Shown here piece by piece: positions 49,276 to 57,127 of a stretch of 64,000 bases of DNA. The position numbers and the translations under genes are program-made. The DNA comes from Iphione sp. A-MEVVRFRX5 (taxonomy: Eukaryota). The notes beneath the pieces were generated by a model. It saw only the letters and a program-made list of their open reading frames with translations. It made no database searches and had not been told where the DNA came from. The stretch lies in the NCBI GenBank assembly GCA_976226885.1, contig OZ320315.1, positions 20,026,001 to 20,090,000 on the forward strand. The letters run 5' to 3'. Position 1 is the stretch's first letter; every line of letters begins with the position of its first letter.

Positions 49276-49322
49276 GTCGGGCCGTCTCTGTCACACTCAC
49301 CTAAATCCAGGTCTTCCCTGGC

Positions 49323-50156
49323 GTTGGGTTCACCCAAACTGGGGCTAACCTCGTCCGCTTCGTAGCCCGTTCCTGCGTCTTCTACAAGGAGCGTTTTCGT
49401 TCTCCTCCTCCTTTTTGCGTTCACCCAAACTGGGGCTAACCTTGTCTGCTTCGTAGCCCGTTCCTGCGTCTTCTACAAGGGGTGTTTTCGTTCTCCTCTT
49501 CCTTTTTGCGTACACCCAAACGTCTCAAATGCGTACTAGCCCCGTTCTTATTTTGGGCATCCCCAAACTGTAGCGATCTTTCGCATCCCGTCGGTACTCT
49601 CTTCGTGTCGACGCTGTGATAGTCTCGAACCGGATGTTTTGGTTGGCGACTTCCGGTTGCTGGAATACTCTCGAACCCAATTTTCCTTTTGCGTCTCCCC
49701 AAACGGGGGGTCGGCCGGTAGGATTTTCCGTGCTAGTTTCCACTGTTTCTTGCCGTTTTCGTCACCCTTCGTAATAATCCAGAGCTTGGGTACACACAAA
49801 CCAACGTCAACATCCCATCCAGTAAAGTCTTCGTAAACTTTTGGGTGTACGCAGACCAACAACATCGTCTTCTCGTTTGGGTGTTCGCAAAACGATCTTT
49901 TGTCCGTCATCCACAAGTTTTCGTACTTATTCCCCGGTTTATTATCATATTTATCACCCTAGTGCTGGGGTACACGCGAACCAACGTCGTCTTCCCATCT
50001 CGTCAGGTTTTCGGGCTCATTTGGGTATACGCAGACCCGCGACCTCGTCTTCTCGTTTGGGTGTTCGCAAGACGATCATCCTCGTTTGGGTGTTCGCAAA
50101 ACGACCATTCGCTCGTCGTCTATAAATTTGGCGTTGCGCGTAGCCCGCCGTCAGTC
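49323..50156. promoter_or_regulatory. Putative bidirectional internal promoter: 12 copies of TTTG[GC]G-N4-C[GC]CAAA, inverted ETS-like pair, TATA and Inr on +
   Basis: Sites at 49323, 49414, 49505, 49552, 49688, 49785, 49840, 49876, 49965, 50020, 50056, 50085. 91-bp tandem repeat at 49323-49521. CCGGATGT 49630 and ACTTCCGG 49649. TATAAA 50121, TCAGTC 50151. Confidence 0.7.
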
Positions 50157-50203
50157 GTTGCCTGGCTCTCCTGGTATACACACTGTGGGTTGTTCATCCT
50201 GAC

Positions 50204-50396
50204 ATGGAGTTCATAAGCTACCCTCCACCAGACCTGCCTGTGGGATACCCGCCCATGGAGGATAGGTAGGCTTCTTACTGAGGAGGTTGTTTGACAGTTG
50301 CTCCAGGTGTTGTGATCCTTGACAGTTCTAGCTTCATCCTGGTCTTCTGGAAAAGGTGAGTATCCATTCAGGTTACCTTGTTTGCATTCTGGCTGG

Positions 50397-50442
<46 letters not shown>

Positions 50443-51052
50443 TGTTGTAACCTGTTCCTCTTCCTCCTCTTCCAGGACTGCCACCCCAGATGCCTACTTC
50501 CGGTATGTGGACGTGGGTACTCCGGGACCCACAGTCCGCATATACGGAACGTTTCAACTCCTCTCTACAGAGCTGTTCGTTCCATCCCCGGGCCACGTGA
50601 GGATCCACTGCCCGGATCACATCCTTGATTTGAGCGTACACCCAAGCGGGTCACCTTCACCTCCGCCGCCGCCGGTTCACGACCCTGAGTGGCAGGACCC
50701 GCGCTGGGAGACGGTCTCACCTGACCTTGGTGAACGGGAGGTGGCCGAGACGCTGTTGAGTCTCTCCGATGATTATGCTGGTGATTCTTCATCCCCTTCG
50801 CTCACCTCCAGCCGGTTGGACCCATGGGACTCCGATCAGTTGTCGGCCCTACTCGGTCCCTCCCCGTCACCTCCGCAGTCACCATCCTCGTCTAGCGAAG
50901 AGTCCCGGCGCGACTCGCCCGGCCGCTGGACCCCCCTCCTGGGGCGTTCCTACCTCGATGACCTGCCCCCGCAGGTGTTGGAGTCTGCCTATCCCGGCTT
51001 GGAGCGAGGGGATTGCCCCTTCTTCCCGATCATGATCTCCGATGAAGAGTGA
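50204..51052 (+). CDS. G4 antisense spliced ORF (exons 50204-50265 and 50476-51052; 212 aa), mostly disordered Ser/Pro/acidic
   Basis: gacATGG start; donor AG|GTAGGC at 50266; branch-like GTAAC 50447; pyrimidine tract; CAG|G at 50475. The phase-2 join is in frame. AATAAA at 51153. Splicing is predicted, not observed. Confidence 0.65.
50398..50441. repeat. T44 homopolymer (A44 on the element sense strand)
   Basis: Directly visible; lies inside the predicted intron. Confidence 0.9.
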
Positions 51053-51152
51053 ACATTGACATTTCTGGAGTTGGACAGTTATAGTAATTTTCCTGATGCC
51101 GGAACTGTTTATCGTTAATGATGTTCACTGCCAGTCTTGCCATGTTTTTAGC

Positions 51153-51158
51153 AATAAA
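51153..51158 (+). terminator. Polyadenylation signal for the antisense gene
   Basis: AATAAA 100 nt after the stop, followed by GT/T-rich sequence. Confidence 0.6.
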
Positions 51159-51943
51159 ATGTCTCCTGTTTCAGCCTTAATTCCGGCCTTTTCATTTCGT
51201 TCAGTCCTAATTATCTTCATAATCATTTTCATAATTATCTTCATAATTATCTTCGATTCTGTCATGGCTAATCCGTAATTCGCTGGCTTTGTCATAACTG
51301 TTAACACTAAAGTTACATGCATCCGAGTAATGTTCTGCTGAGTGAGAGGTAATGACTCCTACCCTACTGCAGGCTGCTGTAGACGTCGAGAGGACAAGAG
51401 TCCATCCCAGTCTACCCACTTCTCCAAGAGGACATGGACCGCAGCTCGGTATCTTCCCTCTTCCGCCTGTGGACATTTCGAGCTCCGCTGGCTCCAGGGT
51501 GTCCACTCTCCCTTGCTTTCGCGCGTCTCCAGGATGCTCATCCTCCTTCCCGTAGGCTTTCGAAGCGTCTCCAGGATGTCCGTCCTCCCCAGGAACTTTT
51601 CGGACACTGTGGTCCCCGGATGTCCTTCCTCCTGCTGAGGTCCTTTTGGCGATTCCTCACCCAGGTGTACCTCGCTCACCTCCCGGACTTTTCGAGACCT
51701 TCCAGGTTGCCTACCCCTCAGGGACTTTTTGGGCATTACTGCCCCAGGATGTCCCCCCCTCCTCTGGGAGCTTTGTGGGCGGTTTCCCGCCCCAGGCGAT
51801 CTCCCCTCTTCCTCATGAGACTTTTCGAGCGCGCCAGGAGGTCCAACCCCCTTCTTCAGGGCCCTGCCCTCGGGTCCACCTTGGACCTTGCTGCCAAGAG
51901 GCTACCTCCGCCTCTCCTTTTCCTTTCTCCTCCAGTCTACTCC

Positions 51944-54900
51944 CTACGACCTCTCCGGGTCGGGTACGTTGACTTCACTCCCCCTGTCTGGTGGAGATTT
52001 CGCGTTTTTCTTCTTCCAGGTCATGATCCACCGGGGAACCTCCTTCTTGAGGAAAGGCCGCAACCGGTTCCGGTGGACCACCTTCGCCCTAGCTTGACGG
52101 GATCGCTTGATCACCGCCCTCGCATCGTCCAGCTTCTCAGTCACCAACCAGGGGCCTGTCCACGGGAAATGGGTTTTAGGGCTGTGGCCTCGTGGCGGTT
52201 GAGCTTCATGCAGCCAGACCACATCTCCGGCTTCCAGCGGGCTCCCCTTCATCCTGCGGTCGTATGCCCTTGCCTGGACCCGAGCCGCCCGCCCGAGCCT
52301 GGTCCGCACTATCCGGTACGCATGGCGCAAGCGTCTTCTCGTATGCTCCACCCATTCTGGGAGGGGCATCTCACTCGGGTCACCCATGGGCAGACCATCC
52401 AGTGCGTGAACGGGTAGTAATACCTCACGCCCGAACATCAAAAAGTTTGGTGTAAATCCGGTGCTAGCCTGTGGCGAAGCCCTATAAGCCATCATCAGGT
52501 AAGGTAGGGCTTGATCCCATTCGTCGGACGCCTCATAGCAGTGGGCTTTCACCATCCTTCCCAAAGTGCGGAAACTCCTCTCGATATACCCGTCACTTTG
52601 AGGGTGGCGTGGTGTGGTCCGGGTCTTCTTGATGTCTAAGAAGTTACAGAGTGCCAGGATGATCTCGCTGCAAAAATTCGTCCCCTGGTCACTATGAAGC
52701 TCTTGGAAACATCCATACCTGGTGATCACTTCTTCCATCAACACCTCCGCTACTCTGGTTGCTTTCTGATCGGGCAGGGGAAAGGCCTCTAGCCACTTGG
52801 TGAAGTGATCCCCCACCATAAGGACATATCGGTTTCCCCGCCGGGTCTCTGGCAGTGGGCCGGCTACGTCGATAGACCATCTCTCCATGGGTTCGCCCGA
52901 GATGTATGTCCGGAGTGCGGTCTGCGGCCTCCGCGGATTCTGGTTGAGCAGAGCGCAGTGGCAGCTTGTACACCACCCCTCTATGTCGTCTCGCATCCTC
53001 GGCCAGTAATACGCGAGTCCCACCAGATGAGTTGTCCTGTCGGCTGCCAGGTGTGCCCCTGCCTGACCGCTGTGAACTTCCTGGAAAGCTCGTTGCCGGA
53101 ACTCTGTGGGAAGCACCACTTGTAGCCGAGAGGGGTCACCCTCGAAACCCACCCATTTCCGGTGCAAGAGGCCCCCTTGGGCCGTCAGGCGGCCCCATTG
53201 TCGCCAGAGGCTCTTACAGGCGGCTGACAGGGGTGCCACCTGTTCCCAGGCTGGCTGAGTAGGGTCAGCTTCTAGCAGCCGTAGGATGGGGCCAATGTCA
53301 TCATCGCGGAGCTGGGCTTGTCGAAGCTCCGGGTGTGATGAGACCTGTGCTTGGGCTCTGGTCACGGCGGCAACCTTGGCTGGTACTTCTTCATCCTCCT
53401 GATGGGTCTGCTTGCATTGGCGACATGGCTTGCGGGAAAGAGCATCCGCGTTAGCGTTGTTTTTCCCCGCCCTATGTTCTAACCGGAGGTTGTACTGACC
53501 CACTCGTTCTATCCACCTGGCGAGCTGCCCCTCCGGGTCCTTGATTCGACTCAGCCAACTAACGGCTCCATTATCTGTCCGTACCGTCACCTGTTGCCCG
53601 TAGATGTAAAAGTGAAAGTGCTTCAGGGCAGCAACCACGGCTAACAGCTCCCGTCGCATGACACAGTACCTTCTTTCTGAGGCACTCAAGCTCCGACTGA
53701 AGTAGGCGAGCACCACCTCACGGTTGTCTTGCTGTTGTGCTAGCACCGCCCCCAGGCCTACGTTACTGGCGTCCGTGTCGAGCAGGTAGCGCCCCTCCAT
53801 TCGTGGATATCCCAACACCGGACTGGACGTCAGGGCCTCTTTCAGCTGGCGGAAGGCTTCTTCTTGAGGTGCGCCCCAAGCAAACTCGGCCTTCGAGCTA
53901 GTTAATGGGTTCAGCGGGGCAGCCAGATTTGCGAAGTGAGGCACATACCTGCGGTAGTAGGAGCATATCCCAAGGAAGGCCCTCACCCCCGTTGGGCAGG
54001 TGGGCACAGGCCACTCCCGGATAGCCCGGGTCTTAGCTGGGTCAGTGGCCACTCCCTCCTTCGAAACTATATGTCCTAGGAAGCCTATCTCCTGTAGGAA
54101 CAGCTGACATTTCGTCGGTTTCAGTTTCAATCCGGCTGTTTCTAGACGGGACAACACTCGTTCCAGCCGGTCCAAGGTCTCGTCGAACTCCCGTCCGAAA
54201 ACCAAGATGTCGTCGAGGTAGACGAGACATTGTTCCCAAGTCAGCCCCCTCAGCACGGTGTCCATTAAGCGTTCGAAGGTAGCTGGTGCGTTTATCAAGC
54301 CGAAAGGCATTACTGTGAATTCGTATAATCCGACAGAAGTAGAGAAAGCTGTCTTCTCCTGGTCTTCTGGGTGCATCTTGACCTGCCAATACCCCGACGC
54401 CAGGTCAAGAGAACAGAAGTACCGAGCCCCAGCGAGGGTACTTAGAGAGTCATCGATCCTAGGGAGAGGATAGGCGTCAACTTTGGTCTTCTGGTTTAGC
54501 TTGCGGTAGTCGACGCAAAACCGGGTGGTTCCATCTTTCTTCCTCACCATCACAACCGGGCTAGACCAGGGACTCCTACTTTCGACGATCACCCCCGCTG
54601 TCTTCATTTCTTCTACTAAGCGACGCTCCTCCTGACGCTTAGCCAGCGGGAGACGCCGCGGAGGTTGTTTGATGGGATGGGGATCGTCAGTGAAGATGCG
54701 ATGTTGAGTCCAGTCAGTATGCCCCAGGTCATGCCGGCCCTTGGAGAAAACCTGACCATGCCTCTCCAGCACTATACCCAGGCGTTCTTGTTGTTCTGAT
54801 GTCAGAGTGTGCCGGGTGGCTTCTACCAAGTTTTTCACATTAGCTGGCTGTTCCTCCCGTATCAGACAAACCCTCCCGGTGGGGGCCACTGACTCACTCT

Positions 54901-55627
54901 TACAGGGCCGGGCGGGCACTCCCAGGGCTACCTTGGTGCCTTGGCTTATAAAAACCTCCACTTCTCCTACATTCCACACAGGGAGTACATCTTGCACGAC
55001 ACACCGGATGCTAATCAATCCCTTCTCGATCTGAGCTTCTACCAGGCCCTCCACCATCACAGGATGGTGTTCTGATAGGCAAAGGGGCACCAGGGTCCCT
55101 TCTCCGGGTGGGACAGTGATGTCACAGGCAGTGCATACCTCTCCCTTGAGGGTAGTGATACCCCTGCACCTGGATATTCCTGGTTTGAACACAACCTCCT
55201 GTTTAGCCAGATTGATAACCGCCTGGTGTTGGCATAGAAAGTCACTCCCCAATATGCCATCCTCCTCTATTTCAGCTATGATGAAAGGGTGCTGGAATTG
55301 CCTCCCTGCTATGCTGATCTCACAAACTTGTTGCCCCTGAGTGGGAATGATGTGGCCCCCCGCTCCTGCAATACGAGTCAGTGGTTCTTCACCCCCCAGG
55401 CCAGGGACCACACGGGGATTCACAATGGATACTTCAGCTCCCGTATCAATCAATAGCAACAGTTCAGTTCCATTCAGGCTTACCTTTAGCCGTGGTCCCT
55501 GACCTGGTTCCATTGTGGTCTCCGTATGCGTAATCCCAGTCGAACCCTCCTGGCCTATTGGGTTGACTGCGTCCCGTTTCCCTGTAGTGTGGGGCAATCC
55601 CGCTTGAAGTGGCCTGGTTGACCGCAC
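51944..55627 (-). CDS. pol: G4 Pol polyprotein (PR-RT-RNase H-INT), intact
   Basis: LIDTGAEVS; SPWSSPVVMV..YLDDILV; LDTDASNVGLG..ELLAVV..RTDN; H..H..C..C, DVAGP, SDQG, PQSDGYIERSFRT, PWTGPW; 1227 codons open. Confidence 0.97.
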   Translation of the reverse strand: MRSTRPLQAGLPHTTGKRDAVNPIGQEGSTGITHTETTMEPGQGPRLKVSLNGTELLLLIDTGAEVSIVNPRVVPGLGGEEPLTRIAGAGGHIIPTQGQQVCEISIAGRQFQHPFIIAEIEEDGILGSDFLCQHQAVINLAKQEVVFKPGISRCRGITTLKGEVCTACDITVPPGEGTLVPLCLSEHHPVMVEGLVEAQIEKGLISIRCVVQDVLPVWNVGEVEVFISQGTKVALGVPARPCKSESVAPTGRVCLIREEQPANVKNLVEATRHTLTSEQQERLGIVLERHGQVFSKGRHDLGHTDWTQHRIFTDDPHPIKQPPRRLPLAKRQEERRLVEEMKTAGVIVESRSPWSSPVVMVRKKDGTTRFCVDYRKLNQKTKVDAYPLPRIDDSLSTLAGARYFCSLDLASGYWQVKMHPEDQEKTAFSTSVGLYEFTVMPFGLINAPATFERLMDTVLRGLTWEQCLVYLDDILVFGREFDETLDRLERVLSRLETAGLKLKPTKCQLFLQEIGFLGHIVSKEGVATDPAKTRAIREWPVPTCPTGVRAFLGICSYYRRYVPHFANLAAPLNPLTSSKAEFAWGAPQEEAFRQLKEALTSSPVLGYPRMEGRYLLDTDASNVGLGAVLAQQQDNREVVLAYFSRSLSASERRYCVMRRELLAVVAALKHFHFYIYGQQVTVRTDNGAVSWLSRIKDPEGQLARWIERVGQYNLRLEHRAGKNNANADALSRKPCRQCKQTHQEDEEVPAKVAAVTRAQAQVSSHPELRQAQLRDDDIGPILRLLEADPTQPAWEQVAPLSAACKSLWRQWGRLTAQGGLLHRKWVGFEGDPSRLQVVLPTEFRQRAFQEVHSGQAGAHLAADRTTHLVGLAYYWPRMRDDIEGWCTSCHCALLNQNPRRPQTALRTYISGEPMERWSIDVAGPLPETRRGNRYVLMVGDHFTKWLEAFPLPDQKATRVAEVLMEEVITRYGCFQELHSDQGTNFCSEIILALCNFLDIKKTRTTPRHPQSDGYIERSFRTLGRMVKAHCYEASDEWDQALPYLMMAYRASPQASTGFTPNFLMFGREVLLPVHALDGLPMGDPSEMPLPEWVEHTRRRLRHAYRIVRTRLGRAARVQARAYDRRMKGSPLEAGDVVWLHEAQPPRGHSPKTHFPWTGPWLVTEKLDDARAVIKRSRQARAKVVHRNRLRPFLKKEVPRWIMTWKKKNAKSPPDRGSEVNVPDPERS

Positions 55628-56385
55628 TGGAAGCAGTTGTTATGCCTGGGCTTCCTGTTTCTTGCCTCTTCCTTACTCCGAAGATCTTCCCGGATCTTGG
55701 CCAGCTCTTGCGTCAGTTCTTCCAAGGGCTTCCTCCACTCTGGCGTTGCTGAGGGCTGTACCACTTGAATCTTCCTGGCCGCGAAGCGCTCTTGCGTCTC
55801 CACCACCTGGATTGCCGTGTCCAAAGTGGTGCACTTGGCCTCCAAGCACTTAAGGTGTAGGGTGTCCGATAGGGCTCGTTGGAAAGCAGCCACAGCAGCC
55901 AGCTCGCGCGTCTCCCCACTAACATCCGGGTATGCGCTCCGGACCAGTCGGCGGACTCTGTCTGCTAGATCCCTGGTATCCTCATCCCGTTGCCGCTTGA
56001 TACTGGACAGCTTTTGCATAGCCACCACACGATCACGACGGCGGCCGAACCTCCTCTCCAAAGCTGCCACTCGGGAGTTGAAATCCCTCTTGTCCTCCGT
56101 CGGTAAATCTCCATAGTACATCCTGGCCGGGCCCGTCAGAGACAGCGTGAGGGCCGAACACTTAGTGCCCTCGTTCCAATGACATGCATCGGCCCACTCG
56201 GTGAACTGATTTATCCAGCTGTCCCAGTCGACAACTTTTCCGTCGAAGCGTTCTGGCTTCATGGTGTTCATCTTGAGTGGTTCCTCCGGTGCAATCTCAA
56301 AGTGCTCAACTTCTTCCTCTTCCGGAGTAGGACTAGGAATCCGGAGTGAGACTTCCTCATCCACTGTCAAGTAGTTGGTTGCCAT
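55555..56385 (-). CDS. gag: G4 Gag (276 aa from MATNYL) with a C-terminal CCHC knuckle
   Basis: KPERFDG..WDSWINQF, L..LTGPA, QRDEDTRDLADRVRRL, CFQCGQPGHFKRDC. Confidence 0.95.
   Translation of the reverse strand: MATNYLTVDEEVSLRIPSPTPEEEEVEHFEIAPEEPLKMNTMKPERFDGKVVDWDSWINQFTEWADACHWNEGTKCSALTLSLTGPARMYYGDLPTEDKRDFNSRVAALERRFGRRRDRVVAMQKLSSIKRQRDEDTRDLADRVRRLVRSAYPDVSGETRELAAVAAFQRALSDTLHLKCLEAKCTTLDTAIQVVETQERFAARKIQVVQPSATPEWRKPLEELTQELAKIREDLRSKEEARNRKPRHNNCFQCGQPGHFKRDCPTLQGNGTQSTQ
55576..55582 (-). promoter_or_regulatory. -1 ribosomal frameshift slippery site G GGA AAC
   Basis: In the gag frame caG GGA AAC (Q-G-N); a -1 shift enters the pol frame (GGG AAA CGG), five codons before the gag stop. 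Confidence 0.8.
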
Positions 56386-56394
56386 TCTTCTGTG

Positions 56395-56412
56395 ATCCCA
56401 CCGCTGCCACCA
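56395..56412 (-). promoter_or_regulatory. G4 primer binding site, tRNA-Leu
   Basis: TGGTGGCAGCGGTGGGAT, complement of the eukaryotic tRNA-Leu 3' end ATCCCACCGCTGCCACCA, one base after the LTR. Confidence 0.9.
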
Positions 56413-56413
56413 G

Positions 56414-57127
56414 TGTAAACTAATGTTTGTTGTATTTCCCACTTGGAATAAAACCAGCTATGGTCTGCTTCAAAACTGTCTTAGTGTTGCTGCCTTTGTG
56501 TCACTAGCTGCTATAGATGCTCAACCCTTAAGGTAATCCAAGTGGGTTAGGTCCCTTGAGCTTCACAGAAGAATAAGATCCACAAGTGAGTCCAATTCCA
56601 AACTGATTTTATTGGCCACACAGGGCTCATATTTATACTCATACTCAGGGTCATGTGACTGGTTCAACAAGAAACATAATAACAATCCCTGGAAGGGAAA
56701 TGCTACAGTGCTCCCTTAAGGCTTCTAAAAATAGCCCAGATCAGATACATTATATCTACCATGTGCTAGCAGGCTAAAAATAGAATGCTCCTAGCCAATG
56801 AGATCCTAGAAATTTTTAACATCTGGGTTTGGGTAACCCCAAGCTAGTTTGGGTGTCCCCAAACGGCACAGCAGGACCCCAGTCCAGGGGCCAGAGAGTA
56901 CAGCTAACTTTGTAAGACATTTGGGTATCCCCAAACGACACAGCAGGTCCCCAGTACAGGGGCCAGAGAGTACAGCTAACTTTACAAGACATTTGGGTAT
57001 CCCCAAACGACACAGCAGGTCCCCAGTACAGGGGCCAGAGAGTACAGCTAACTTTACAAGACATTTGGGTGTCCCCAAACGGCGCAGTAGGTCCCCAGTA
57101 CAGGGGCCAGAGAGTACACTAACCACA
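56414..57127 (-). repeat. G4 5' LTR
   Basis: Same sequence as 46065-46778. Confidence 0.97.

Larger units (their letters stand above)
46065..57127 (-). mobile_element. Full-length Ty3/Gypsy LTR retrotransposon G4 (11,063 bp) with two accessory ORFs
   Basis: Two 714-bp LTRs with no difference found by eye; TG..CA ends; 4-bp TSD TTAC (46061-46064 / 57128-57131); PBS; PPT; open gag and pol. Inserted in the 3' end of a LINE. Confidence 0.97.

Noticed and set aside
50120-50641. Poly-Lys ORF on minus and poly-Phe N-terminus of the 50378 ORF on plus
   Set aside because: Produced by the T44/A44 tract, which falls inside the predicted intron.
51900-51946. pol stop context TAG GGA like the MLV read-through signal
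   Set aside because: Another in-frame stop follows after 13 codons and no pseudoknot is evident.
51434-52417. 327-aa + strand ORF overlapping the pol 3' end
   Set aside because: Antisense shadow of the GC-rich integrase tail and downstream repeats; no domain, promoter or good start context; lies beyond the antisense polyA signal.
56395-56412. tRNA-like sequences (also 14989-15006, 27552-27569)
   Set aside because: Only 18-nt primer binding sites, not tRNA genes.
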